In this document: one piece after another, positions 23,067-32,392 of the stretch
How positions within the stretch are numbered: position 1 is the first letter of the stretch
How the letters are laid out: every line of letters starts with the position of its first letter
Notes under the pieces: model-generated
The model's input: the letters and a program-made list of their open reading frames with translations, nothing else
Told to the model about the DNA's origin: nothing
Databases searched by the model: none
Position numbers and translations under genes: made by a program
Assembly: GCA_016209685.1 (NCBI GenBank)
Contig: JACQVQ010000005.1
Span: 24,655-88,654 of the forward strand
Direction: 5' to 3'
DNA from: Planctomycetota bacterium
GTDB lineage: Bacteria; Planctomycetota; Brocadiia; Brocadiales; Bathyanammoxibiaceae
Length of the DNA stretch: 64,000 bases

Positions 23067-24167
23067 ATGGAAAACCAGTCCTCTTTAGAGTCCTTAAGGG
23101 GGCAGATAGATGCCCTGGATACCCGCATAGTACACCTCCTTAACGACAGGGCCCGGATTGCACAACAGATAGGGGAGATAAAGAGACGTACCAATACAAG
23201 GGTTTACCACCCCGACAGGGAATCCCAAGTTTATAAGCGTATTGCCTCTGAAAACAAAGGCCCTCTCCCAAGCGCCTCTCTGACAGCTATTTACAGAGAA
23301 CTCATGGCCTGCTCCAGGGCACTTGAGAGACCTTTCAGGGTATCCTACCTGGGGCCTTCTGGCACGTTCAGCTACGTGGCAGCCAGGAAAAATTTTGGCC
23401 CTGCTGTGGACTACATATCCCAGAGGAGTATTGAGGCCGTGTTCAGAGAAGTGGCCACGAACAGGGCAGATTACGGCATGGTACCCGTAGAAAATTCCAC
23501 CGAAGGCGGTATTAGAGAGACTCTGCAGATGTTTCTAGAGTTTGATGTGCAGGTCTGTGCAGAGGTAGTGCTCCCGATACACCACAGCCTCCTGACCCGC
23601 AGTCTGGAGGAGTCTATACAGAAGATTTATTCCAAACCACAGGTCTTTGCCCAATGCAAGAACTGGCTGGCCACCCACTTTGCCCAGGCAGAACTCCTGG
23701 AAGTGGGAAGCACCACAGAGGCCGCAATGCTTGTAAAAAAAGAGGCCCATTCGGCCGCCATAGCGCACGAAGAAGTGGCAGAACTTTACGACCTCAACGT
23801 CCTGTATAAAAACATAGAGGACAGCCAGGCAAACGTTACCAGGTTCTTCGTCCTGGGGGAGAGCTACCCCGGCCCAAGCGGCCAGGATAAGACTGCTATC
23901 ATGTGCTACATAAAAAACCAGGTGGGTGCCCTATACGGACTCTTGCATCCCTTCAAAAAATACTGTATCAATCTTACCAGCATAGAGTCCCTCCCTTCTC
24001 GCAGGAAGGCCTGGGACTACAGTTTCTATATTGAATTTGAAGGGCATGTCTCAGAGCCCAGGGTCAGCAAGACCCTGGACAAGATGAAAAAGAGGTGCCT
24101 GGAACTCAAAACCCTGGGTTCATTCCCCAGGAGCGAACCTTTCCTAGAAGGAGCGGAGGCAGTTTGA
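23067..24167 (+). CDS. pheA: Bifunctional chorismate mutase / prephenate dehydratase (P-protein)
   Basis: 366 aa. CM helix LRGQIDALDTRIVHLLNDRARIAQQIGEIK, PDT domain (VSYLGPSGTFSY), and a C-terminal ACT domain (ESLPSR). Confidence 0.95.
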   Translation: MENQSSLESLRGQIDALDTRIVHLLNDRARIAQQIGEIKRRTNTRVYHPDRESQVYKRIASENKGPLPSASLTAIYRELMACSRALERPFRVSYLGPSGTFSYVAARKNFGPAVDYISQRSIEAVFREVATNRADYGMVPVENSTEGGIRETLQMFLEFDVQVCAEVVLPIHHSLLTRSLEESIQKIYSKPQVFAQCKNWLATHFAQAELLEVGSTTEAAMLVKKEAHSAAIAHEEVAELYDLNVLYKNIEDSQANVTRFFVLGESYPGPSGQDKTAIMCYIKNQVGALYGLLHPFKKYCINLTSIESLPSRRKAWDYSFYIEFEGHVSEPRVSKTLDKMKKRCLELKTLGSFPRSEPFLEGAEAV

Positions 24168-24937
24168 ACCCCTTTGTAGTGGGTAACTGGAAGATGAACC
24201 TGAGCCTGGAAGAGGCCAGCACCCTGGCCATGGACCTCAGGCAAGGGCTGGAGGGAGTGGATGGGGTAGAGGTAGGGGTCTGCCCCCCGTTTGTCTGGCT
24301 GCCTGGGGTGTGCTTCGTCCTGATGGGGACAAAAATACGGGTAGGGGCACAAAACATGCACTGGGAGAAAAAGGGGGCCTTCACGGGAGAGGTCTCAGGA
24401 CCCATGTTAAAAGACGTGGGTTGCACCCACGTCCTGCTGGGCCATTCCGAGAGGAGACACCTCTTCGGAGAGACCGACTCCATGATAAACAAAAAACTAA
24501 AGACCGCCCTCTCCCTGGGCCTGAAGGTTATCTTCTGTCTTGGGGAGAGACTGGAGGAGAGGGAGGGCGGCGAGACCTTCACCGTGGTGGAGAGGCAGTT
24601 TACTGCCGGCCTGGAGGGCGTAGGGCAAGAGGCCCTCCCTGAATTGACAATAGCCTATGAACCAGTATGGGCCATAGGAACGGGGAAGAATGCCACCCCT
24701 GAGCAGGCCCAGGAGGTCCACGGCCACCTCCGCAATCTACTGGAAAATAAATACGGAAACGAAACAGCCTCCCAGGTAAGGATACAGTACGGCGGAAGCG
24801 TCACCCCTGAGAACGCAGGGGAACTCCTCGCCCAACCCGATATTAATGGCCTCCTGGTAGGCGGTGCCAGCCTCAAAAAGGATTCTTTCTTGAAGATAGT
24901 TTTCACAACCCAGGAACGCATGAGGAGTCCAATATAA
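24164..24937 (+). CDS. tpiA: Triosephosphate isomerase
   Basis: GNWKMN, LLGHSERR and AYEPVWAIGTG motifs. The start is placed at a TTG overlapping the pheA stop (gTTTGA) behind GAAGGAGCGGAGG. The ORF-track ATG at 24095 would add 23 non-conserved residues. Confidence 0.93.
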   Translation: MNPFVVGNWKMNLSLEEASTLAMDLRQGLEGVDGVEVGVCPPFVWLPGVCFVLMGTKIRVGAQNMHWEKKGAFTGEVSGPMLKDVGCTHVLLGHSERRHLFGETDSMINKKLKTALSLGLKVIFCLGERLEEREGGETFTVVERQFTAGLEGVGQEALPELTIAYEPVWAIGTGKNATPEQAQEVHGHLRNLLENKYGNETASQVRIQYGGSVTPENAGELLAQPDINGLLVGGASLKKDSFLKIVFTTQERMRSPI

Positions 24938-25480
24938 ATGGAACTAAGGTCAGAAAAGTCTTTTCAATGGATTCTAGCCTCTGTGGCAGTATTTGGCATT
25001 ATAGGGGCCTTATACTATTTCAGGTGGGTCGCTTTATTAAAGGCCTTCCTGGTCTTGAACTGTCTAACCCTCTTAGGTACCATTCTCCTCCAGGCTGGTA
25101 AGGGCGGGGGACTGGCCGCCATAGGCGGGATAACAGACCAGTCGGCCTTCGGTACCAGGACCAGCACGTTCCTCAGCAAACTCACCTATTTTATAGGTGC
25201 GGCGTTTATCGTCAGCACCATCTGCCTCACCAAACTCTCCACTACCGTGGTAATAGAGAAGGCGACCATGAAAGAGCAGGCAGAGTCCCCTATACTGCCC
25301 CCGGAACACCCCCCTGTGGGAAAGCTCCCGGAGGGACATCCTCCCATGGCTCCCCATCCAGGGGCAGTAGCACCGCAGGCAAAGGAGGCCAGTCCTACCA
25401 TGGGATGGCAGGAAAAACAGCACGAGGAGACCGCTCCTCCGGCAACTCAGCAGAACCCGCCTAAGGCGGACCGTCAATGA
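24938..25480 (+). CDS. secG: Preprotein translocase subunit SecG with a long Pro-rich C-terminal extension
   Basis: tpiA-secG synteny. LLQAGKGGGLAAIGG...SAFG motif and a second TM helix. About 80 extra residues. The tail NPPKADRQ is encoded by ccgcctaaggcgg. Confidence 0.8.
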   Translation: MELRSEKSFQWILASVAVFGIIGALYYFRWVALLKAFLVLNCLTLLGTILLQAGKGGGLAAIGGITDQSAFGTRTSTFLSKLTYFIGAAFIVSTICLTKLSTTVVIEKATMKEQAESPILPPEHPPVGKLPEGHPPMAPHPGAVAPQAKEASPTMGWQEKQHEETAPPATQQNPPKADRQ

Positions 25481-25481
25481 G

Positions 25482-26366
25482 ATGCTAAAGAGCATGACCG
25501 GCTTCGGAAGGGCCGAACATAAGGACGATAAACTTCATCTACAGGTGGAGGTTCGTTCCGTTAACAACAAATACCTGAAGATTACCTCCGACGTCCCCAA
25601 TGCCCTTCTATCCTGTCAAGAACAACTTGAGAGACACCTCAAGGAGAAGGTACACAGGGGGAGCGTCCACCTGGACGTACGATGCCGCACTGCCGTAAAT
25701 TCTCTCCCTTACCACCTGAACCTGGAGGCCCTGAAGGGCTATTACCGCTCCCTCCAGGAACTACAGAAAGAACTGGGCCCGGAGGGGGAAGTCCCGCTGG
25801 CCGCCCTATTTTCCTTGCCGGGTATATGTGAGAAGGGGGACGGGACAGAAAGGGAGGTGGAGACCCAGATTCCCCTCGTGGAGTCCTTGATAAACTCGGC
25901 CATGGAAAGACTCCAGGAGATGCGTACCCAGGAAGGTAAGGCCCTGCAGGAAGAAATCCTGAGGTGCAAGAGACAGATTGAACGTATACTCACGCGCCTG
26001 ACCAAGAAGGCCCCTCAGGTGGTAGAAAACTACAGAGAGAGGCTCCACAAAAGGGTCTCCCAACTCCTGGAAGGTACAAAAGCCGAACTGGCCGAGAGTG
26101 ACCTTGCCAGGGAAGTGGCCTTCTTTGCGGAGCGCTCCGACATTACTGAAGAGATAGCCAGGCTAAAGAGCCATTTGCAACAGATGGACGAGACCGTACA
26201 AGTAGATGCCCCCGCTGGCCGCCGGATGGAGTTCATCGTACAAGAGATGTTCCGGGAGGCCAACACGATGGGCTCCAAGGTGGGGGATGGAGAGATGCTC
26301 AGGGACGTCATAGACATCAAGATGGAGATAGAAAAAATAAAAGAGCAGGTCTTCAATGTGGAATAA
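25482..26366 (+). CDS. yicC: YicC-family stress-induced protein
   Basis: 294 aa. MLKSMTGFGRAE start and the C-terminal DIKMEIEKIKEQVFNVE. Confidence 0.9.
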   Translation: MLKSMTGFGRAEHKDDKLHLQVEVRSVNNKYLKITSDVPNALLSCQEQLERHLKEKVHRGSVHLDVRCRTAVNSLPYHLNLEALKGYYRSLQELQKELGPEGEVPLAALFSLPGICEKGDGTEREVETQIPLVESLINSAMERLQEMRTQEGKALQEEILRCKRQIERILTRLTKKAPQVVENYRERLHKRVSQLLEGTKAELAESDLAREVAFFAERSDITEEIARLKSHLQQMDETVQVDAPAGRRMEFIVQEMFREANTMGSKVGDGEMLRDVIDIKMEIEKIKEQVFNVE

Positions 26367-26994
26367 ACAGGGCACAAACCACCCCACAAGGGTTCAATCC
26401 GCCTTGGGCGGAAAGGGTTCAAAGGTTCAAACGGTAAGTAGCCGTGGAAGGCTCTTAATTATCTCCGGTCCCTCGGGCAGTGGCAAGACCTCAATATGTG
26501 GAGAACTGGAGAAAGACCCAGGGGTCAGAAAATCCATCTCCGTTACGACCCGTCCCCCCCGTCCACAGGAGCAGGAGGGGAGGGATTATTATTTTGTCAG
26601 CGAGGAGGAGTTCAAAAAGAGGATTGAACGGGGAGAATTCGTAGAATACGCCAGCTACTCGGGACACCTCTACGGCACCCTTTTAGAACCCCTGGAGAAG
26701 GCCATAAAAGAGGGCATTATCTACCTGCTGGAGATAGACGTCCAGGGGGCCCAACAGGTATTGAAAAAATTCCCGGAGGCCATCTCCATCTTCATCCTCC
26801 CTCCGCATGAAGAGGAGTTAGCGATGCGCATAAAGGGGAGGAATCTCCAGCCCGACCTCCAGGGCCGCCTGGCTATAGCAAAAGAAGAAATTAAGTTTGC
26901 TAACAAATATAGGTATCAAGTGGTAAACGATACACTTGAAAAGGCCGTAGAGGAGATAAGGCAGATACTGGGGCTGGCTTCCTCGGAAGGGTAA
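26356..26994 (+). CDS. gmk: Guanylate kinase
   Basis: ISGPSGSGKTS P-loop, YYFVSEEEF, EIDVQGA. The ~30-aa N-terminal extension contains a translated tccgccttgggcgga repeat. No alternative in-frame start was found. Confidence 0.9.
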   Translation: MWNKQGTNHPTRVQSALGGKGSKVQTVSSRGRLLIISGPSGSGKTSICGELEKDPGVRKSISVTTRPPRPQEQEGRDYYFVSEEEFKKRIERGEFVEYASYSGHLYGTLLEPLEKAIKEGIIYLLEIDVQGAQQVLKKFPEAISIFILPPHEEELAMRIKGRNLQPDLQGRLAIAKEEIKFANKYRYQVVNDTLEKAVEEIRQILGLASSEG

Positions 26995-27019
26995 ATTGTA
27001 GATGAAAGGAGTTATTCAA

Positions 27020-27196
27020 ATGGGTTCGCTTAAAGAGGTAACGATAGAAACCATAAAAAAATTGCCTGATGGGTGTTCTCTTGAGGATATAATGTATGAG
27101 ATAAACTTTGTTGCCCAAGTCTTGGAAGGACTCAAAGATGCCGAAGCCGGAAGGCTGTTGACCACTGAGGAACTCCTTGAAAAGTCCAAAGTCTAA
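27020..27196 (+). CDS. Small antitoxin-like protein (58 aa) in the position where rpoZ usually sits
   Basis: AAGGAG 8 nt upstream of the ATG at 27020. MGSLKEVTIETIKKLPDGCSLEDIMYEINFVAQVLEGLKDAEAGRLLTTEELLE. No resemblance to the RpoZ core. Confidence 0.55.
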   Translation: MGSLKEVTIETIKKLPDGCSLEDIMYEINFVAQVLEGLKDAEAGRLLTTEELLEKSKV

Positions 27197-27208
27197 AGTC
27201 CAAATAGC

Positions 27209-27808
27209 ATGGCTTATACAGTAATACTTGGAGTTACAGGAAGCATAGCGGCCTACAAGGCCTGTGAGATAACCACAAGCCTTGTGAAATCCGGCATAGA
27301 GGTAGTGGTGGTGATGACCGACTGTGCCCAGCACTTCGTCACCCCCCTCACCTTCCAGACCCTATCCCGCAACAAGGTGGTAACAGGACTCTTTGGTCAG
27401 CAAGAGGTGCATGACCCCTACCACGTCTCCCTCTCCGACAGGGTAGACCTTATATTGATAGCCCCGGCCACCGCCAATATACTGGGCAAGCTGGCCTCCG
27501 GGATTGCAGATGACGTCCTTACCTGCACTGTGCTGGCCTCTAAGGCAAGGGTGCTTATTGCCCCTGCAATGGACGACAGGATGTACTCTCACCCAGTAGT
27601 GCAAGGGAATATCCAAAAACTAAAGGCTATGGGGTACCGTTTCGTTGGACCGGTAGAGGGACGGCTCTCCTCCGGCCGTATAGGGGTAGGAAGGATGGCT
27701 GACGTAGGAGACATAGTCCAGGCGGTACAGGAAGAACTCAAGGCACTCTCTTCCAAACCACAAAAGGAGGCAGGAGTAAAGGGACTCAGTGGAAAAAGTA
27801 AAGGTTAA
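27209..27808 (+). CDS. coaC: Phosphopantothenoylcysteine decarboxylase-type flavoprotein (CoaC domain only, HFCD family)
   Basis: 199 aa. ILGVTGSIAAYKA and PAMDDRMYSHP motifs. No CoaB domain is fused. Confidence 0.8.
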   Translation: MAYTVILGVTGSIAAYKACEITTSLVKSGIEVVVVMTDCAQHFVTPLTFQTLSRNKVVTGLFGQQEVHDPYHVSLSDRVDLILIAPATANILGKLASGIADDVLTCTVLASKARVLIAPAMDDRMYSHPVVQGNIQKLKAMGYRFVGPVEGRLSSGRIGVGRMADVGDIVQAVQEELKALSSKPQKEAGVKGLSGKSKG

Positions 27809-28238
27809 CATAAGACGAAAAGAGGGATGCAAAGACCTCCCACTGCCCCGCTACATGAGTGAAGGGGCAAGCGGGGTTGACCTCTATGCCGCCGTAGAAA
27901 CCGAGTTGGTGCTGGAGCCTCAGCAGATAAGGGCCATCCCTTCAGGGGTTTTTGTGGAAGTCCCCACTGGTTACGAGGCACAGGTGAGGGCCAGGAGCGG
28001 ACTGGCCCTGAAGAATGGCCTGGCAGTGGTTAACGCCCCCGGCACCATAGACAGCGATTACAGGGGGGAGATTTGCGTCATCCTCTGCAATCTGGGCAAG
28101 GAGCCCTTCAATATCCAGAGGGGGATGCGTATCGCCCAGCTCGTATTCCAGCCCGTAGTAAGGGCTGAACTGGAAGAGACAGAAGAACTTCAAAAGACAA
28201 AAAGAAACGAGGGTGGCTTTGGTCATACAGGAGTCTAA
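27789..28238 (+). CDS. dut: dUTP diphosphatase
   Basis: GTG start. GASGVDLYA and IDSDYRGEI motifs, and the C-terminal GGFGHTG. Confidence 0.95.
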   Translation: MEKVKVNIRRKEGCKDLPLPRYMSEGASGVDLYAAVETELVLEPQQIRAIPSGVFVEVPTGYEAQVRARSGLALKNGLAVVNAPGTIDSDYRGEICVILCNLGKEPFNIQRGMRIAQLVFQPVVRAELEETEELQKTKRNEGGFGHTGV

Positions 28239-28243
28239 GGGAC

Positions 28244-30370
28244 ATGGATAGAAAAAGGATCATAAACATTGTCCTGGCGGTATTTCTTGTAGCCTTTGCC
28301 CTCTTTGCTCTGATAAGCCTGGGAAGCTTTCACCCCACTGATCCCCCCTTCTCTAACTATCCCTCCAACGTCCAAATAAAAAATTATTGTGGACTGTTGG
28401 GGGCAGAACTATCAGGCTATACCCTATCTGGGCTGGGTCTTGCAGGTCTGGCGGTGATACTCCTGCTGGGCGCCTGGGGTGTAATATTCCTGTTGAAGGG
28501 AGAGATAGAAGACCTCTGGGTTAAGGCAGTAGGCGGGGCACTCCTTGTAGTCTCACTAAGTTTATTCCTGGGTCTCCTGGGCCCCATCCTACCCCCCAAA
28601 GGTCTCCTGGCATGGTCGGGAGGAATCCTTGGCACAACGGCCTCCGACCAATTAGTAAAGAACCTGGGCCTGGCCGGTACAGGGGTATTCCTGGCCTTCG
28701 GGTTCTTCATATCCACGGTACTCTTATTCAACATAAGCCTCGCAGAGGGCATCGTTGGCTGGGTCAGGGGGTTAAAAGCCCGTAGTGAATCCAAACGCCC
28801 CAGGAAGTCCAAGACACCTCCCCCTCTATCCACTGAGTCAGAGGAGGAGGCTGCCGCAGTACCTGCAGGCCCTCTGCAAGTACCCCTGGGGCTACTGGAC
28901 GAACCAGACCAGCGGGACGCCCAGGACGAGGAGTCCCTCCGCAAGGGAGCGGAGGTGCTTGAGTCCACCCTGGAGAAGTTTAACATAATCGCCCACGTAG
29001 TAGGCCATGAGACAGGCCCAGCCATAACCATGTACGAGGTAGAGTTATCCCCTGGCACAAAGGTATCTAAGGTCATCTCCCTGTCAGATGACATCGCCAT
29101 AGCCATGAAGGCCCCCAGTATAAGGGTGGTGGCCCCCCTCAAGGGGAGGTCCACCGTAGGGGTAGAGGTACCTAACGCACGCAGGGGAAACGTGAGGCTC
29201 AGGGAACTGCTGGAACTCACTGCCCAGGGCAAGATAGACGTCAGCGATGACTCCGTGCCCCTCCTCCTGGGGAGGGACATCACGGGTTATCCCATCTTTT
29301 GGGACCTGGCCTCCATGCCCCACCTCCTCATCGCGGGTACCACCGGCTCAGGAAAATCCGTGTGTTTGAACTCCATCATACTCAACATTTTATTCCTGAG
29401 GTCCCGCCGGGAGGTGAAGCTCCTCCTGGTGGACCCCAAGATGGTAGAGTTCTCTGCATTTAAGGACATCCCCCATCTAATAACCCCTGTGGTCACGGAC
29501 GTGAAGGAGGCCCAGGCGGTGCTGGAGTGGGCCGTTAACAAGATGGAAGAACGCTACAGCCTGCTGGCCAGGGTAGGGGTGAAAAATATCATTGAGTATA
29601 ATAAGTCTGGAGAAGAGAGCCTCAAGAAGAAACTGGGGCCCAGTGCAGAACTTGACCCCGAGGCCTTTTATCTCCCCCACGTGGTAATAATCATAGATGA
29701 ACTGGCAGACCTCATGATGGTGGCCTCAAGGAAGGTAGAGGATTACATCATAAGACTCTCCCAAAAGAGCCGTGCCGTGGGCATACACCTGATAGTCTCC
29801 ACCCAGAGGCCCTCGGTGGACGTGGTCACGGGGCTAATAAAATCCAACCTCCCTGCCCGCATATCCTTCCACGTGGCCTCCAAGGTGGACTCCAGGACCG
29901 TACTGGACCAGAACGGGGCAGAGAAGCTCCTGGGCAGTGGCGACATGCTCTTCATGCCCCCTGGCACCACAGAACTCCTGAGGGTCCAGGGCACTTATGT
30001 CAGTGATGAGGAGGTGCGGAAGGTGGTGGAGCACCTCAAGAAGCAGTCTACGCCTGAATTCTCCCCCGAACTCAAACAGTGGAAGCTCCAGGCCAAAAAG
30101 GAAGAAAGGGAAGACCCGCTCTACAAGGGGGCCGTACAGGTGACCCTTGGCAAGGGCAGGTGCAGTGAAAAACTGCTCCAGGAAGAACTCCAGGTCAGCT
30201 ATGCACGGGCAGTGTGCCTTATGGACCAGATGGTAGAGGATGGTATACTTGGAGAAGACAAAGGGGGAGGGTACAGGGAGGTGCTCCTGAAGCCTGAGGA
30301 GTGGAACCCCAGGCCTACGGTGGGCAAGGCGAAACTAAGGGAAAACCCTGAAGAGACCGTGAAGAAATGA
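28244..30370 (+). CDS. ftsK: DNA translocase FtsK/SpoIIIE
   Basis: 708 aa. N-terminal TM helices, GTTGSGKSV Walker A, IIIDELADLM Walker B, and a C-terminal gamma wHTH. Confidence 0.95.
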   Translation: MDRKRIINIVLAVFLVAFALFALISLGSFHPTDPPFSNYPSNVQIKNYCGLLGAELSGYTLSGLGLAGLAVILLLGAWGVIFLLKGEIEDLWVKAVGGALLVVSLSLFLGLLGPILPPKGLLAWSGGILGTTASDQLVKNLGLAGTGVFLAFGFFISTVLLFNISLAEGIVGWVRGLKARSESKRPRKSKTPPPLSTESEEEAAAVPAGPLQVPLGLLDEPDQRDAQDEESLRKGAEVLESTLEKFNIIAHVVGHETGPAITMYEVELSPGTKVSKVISLSDDIAIAMKAPSIRVVAPLKGRSTVGVEVPNARRGNVRLRELLELTAQGKIDVSDDSVPLLLGRDITGYPIFWDLASMPHLLIAGTTGSGKSVCLNSIILNILFLRSRREVKLLLVDPKMVEFSAFKDIPHLITPVVTDVKEAQAVLEWAVNKMEERYSLLARVGVKNIIEYNKSGEESLKKKLGPSAELDPEAFYLPHVVIIIDELADLMMVASRKVEDYIIRLSQKSRAVGIHLIVSTQRPSVDVVTGLIKSNLPARISFHVASKVDSRTVLDQNGAEKLLGSGDMLFMPPGTTELLRVQGTYVSDEEVRKVVEHLKKQSTPEFSPELKQWKLQAKKEEREDPLYKGAVQVTLGKGRCSEKLLQEELQVSYARAVCLMDQMVEDGILGEDKGGGYREVLLKPEEWNPRPTVGKAKLRENPEETVKK

Positions 30371-31737
30371 AGAACCCAAAGATTGCCCTTATCAGCCTCG
30401 GATGCACGAAGAACCTGGTGGACTCTGAAAAGATACTCGGCAGGCTGGCCCAGGGGGGGGCCTCCTTTTGTCAGGAACCAGAGGCGGCGGACGTACTCAT
30501 AATTAACACCTGTGGTTTTATAAAGGAGGCCAAAGAGGAGTCTGTGGAGACCATACTCCAGATGGTAAGACTTAAAGAGGCCCGCCTGAAAAAACTCATA
30601 GTCACGGGATGTCTGGCTGAGAGGTATCAGGAGGAGCTGACCAGGGACATCCCCGAAATAGACCATGTAGTGGGATTAGAGAATTTTAATCTGGTGGCAG
30701 AATTTTCAGGTCTTAAACATGTAGTGAGCGAAGCGAATCTAAAGGGTGGTAAAAACGGGTGTCAGGAGGATTTCAGGGTACGCCTTACCCCCAGACACTA
30801 TTCATATCTGAAGGTATCAGAAGGTTGTAATAACCCTTGCAGCTATTGTTCCATCCCATCCATAAGAGGCCCCTTCAAGAGCCGCAGTATGGAGGAGGTA
30901 CTAGGGGAGGCAAGGGAACTTGTCTCAAGCGGGACCAAAGAGATAAACCTCATCGCCCAGGATAGCACCCTTTACGGTATAGACCTCTACGGCAGGAAAT
31001 GTCTCCACGAACTCCTCCAGAGGCTTTCGGAGATTGATGACCTTAGATGGATTAGGCTCCTCTATACCCACCCGGCCCACTTCTACCCTGCCCTCATTAA
31101 TGAGATTGCCAGTAATGAGAAGGTGGTGAAGTATCTGGACCTCCCCACCCAGCATATTAATGACAAAATCCTGGCAAGGATGGGCAGGGGAGTAAACAGG
31201 GGCGATATTGAGGGCCTCATAAAGAGACTGCGCGAGGAGGTGTCAGGCCTCTTCTTGAGGAGCACCGTAATCGTGGGTTTCCCCGGGGAGGGGGAGGAGG
31301 AGTTTCAGGAGCTCCTGGACTTCCTGGAAGAAACGGCCTTTGAAAGGCTGGGGGCCTTTACGTATTCTAAGGAAGAGGGGACCGCTGCGGCGGGCCTTCG
31401 GGGTCACGTCTCTGAAAAGATAAAGAAGAAGAGACTGGGAGAGGTAATGTCACTGCAACAGGGGCTTGCCTTCAGGGAAAACGCCCGCCGGGTGGGTAAA
31501 GAAATAGAGGTACTGGTAGAGGAAGTAGGGGCAACCCTTGCGGTTGCCCAAAATAAAAGGGCAGGTGCAAGACCTGCCCCTACACTGCGACGGGGGTATG
31601 GAAGGTCCTATGGCGATGCGCCAGAGGTGGATGGTAACGTCAAGCTTGAGGGTTCCAACCTGATGACAGGAGAGTTCCGCAGGGCCCTCGTAACAACGTG
31701 GGAGGGTTACAACCTTGTTGCCCGCTGTCTGGACTGA
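30367..31737 (+). CDS. rimO: Ribosomal protein S12 methylthiotransferase RimO carrying two in-frame repeat insertions
   Basis: IALISLGCTKNLVDSE, CNNPCSYCSIP, and a TRAM end with DAPEVDG. The 22-mer repeat lies in the domain linker and a double-hairpin palindrome lies in TRAM. Confidence 0.92.
   Translation: MKNPKIALISLGCTKNLVDSEKILGRLAQGGASFCQEPEAADVLIINTCGFIKEAKEESVETILQMVRLKEARLKKLIVTGCLAERYQEELTRDIPEIDHVVGLENFNLVAEFSGLKHVVSEANLKGGKNGCQEDFRVRLTPRHYSYLKVSEGCNNPCSYCSIPSIRGPFKSRSMEEVLGEARELVSSGTKEINLIAQDSTLYGIDLYGRKCLHELLQRLSEIDDLRWIRLLYTHPAHFYPALINEIASNEKVVKYLDLPTQHINDKILARMGRGVNRGDIEGLIKRLREEVSGLFLRSTVIVGFPGEGEEEFQELLDFLEETAFERLGAFTYSKEEGTAAAGLRGHVSEKIKKKRLGEVMSLQQGLAFRENARRVGKEIEVLVEEVGATLAVAQNKRAGARPAPTLRRGYGRSYGDAPEVDGNVKLEGSNLMTGEFRRALVTTWEGYNLVARCLD
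30720..30741 (+). repeat. TGTAGTGAGCGAAGCGAATCTA 22-mer, copy 2 (inside rimO)
   Basis: Exact match. Translated as HVVSEANLK. Confidence 0.95.
31525..31583. repeat. GTAGGGGCAACC-cttgc-GGTTGCCC...GGGCAGGT-gcaag-ACCTGCCCCTAC double-hairpin element inside rimO
   Basis: Two adjacent perfect 8-bp-stem hairpins framed by GTAGGGG / CCCCTAC. Translated as VGATLAVAQNKRAGARPAPTL. Confidence 0.95.
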
Positions 31738-32392
31738 CCAACACGTAAAATGGGTGGGTAAGGGTCTTAAAAAGTTCCTGTGGCCCCTTCGCTACATATC
31801 TGACACGGGTGGATGGAGCAGGTCTGAGAACCTGCCTAACCAGCTAACTGTCCTGAGACTCTTCATGGGCCTGTTCTTTCTCCTTATCCTTTCCCTTGGT
31901 TTCTTTGGCCTGGCACTGACGGTCTACATCCCGGCCATGACTACGGACGTCCTGGACGGCTACCTGGCCAGGCGCAATGGCCAAATCAGCAATTTTGGGA
32001 GGATACTGGACCCTCTGGCAGACAAGTTAATCATCTGCGGTGGCCTCTCCCTCCTTATCTTCCATCTCCCCATATTGAGACCATGGATGGTAATAACGAT
32101 AATCGCAAGAGAATTGCTGGTAAGCCTCCTGAGGGGATACGCCGAGCTAAATGGGGTCGCCTTCCCCAGCAACATCTTGGGCAAGGTCAAGATGTCCCTT
32201 CAATCGTTCGTCGTCGGGTTACTAGTCTTCGTTGCCGGCCCTGCCCAGGGATATTACTGGGTCCTCACGGTCTCAGAGGCGTTACTCTGGTTTACCGTTA
32301 TGCTCACCCTCCTTTCCGGCCTTGCCTACTTCCTGCAGGCCTGGCAGTTCCTCCGGGCAAGGACGAGTAAGAAACCCTATGGAGTTCTGTAA
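31715..32392 (+). CDS. pgsA: CDP-diacylglycerol--glycerol-3-phosphate 3-phosphatidyltransferase
   Basis: DVLDGYLARRNGQISNFGRILDPLADK CDP-alcohol motif. TTG start behind GGGAGGG. GTG 31754 is an alternative start. Confidence 0.85.
   Translation: MLPAVWTDQHVKWVGKGLKKFLWPLRYISDTGGWSRSENLPNQLTVLRLFMGLFFLLILSLGFFGLALTVYIPAMTTDVLDGYLARRNGQISNFGRILDPLADKLIICGGLSLLIFHLPILRPWMVITIIARELLVSLLRGYAELNGVAFPSNILGKVKMSLQSFVVGLLVFVAGPAQGYYWVLTVSEALLWFTVMLTLLSGLAYFLQAWQFLRARTSKKPYGVL

Noticed and set aside
28417-29283. 288-aa ORF on the - strand
   Set aside because: It is antisense to ftsK. The sequence is low-complexity and Ser/Pro/Arg-rich, with no start context.
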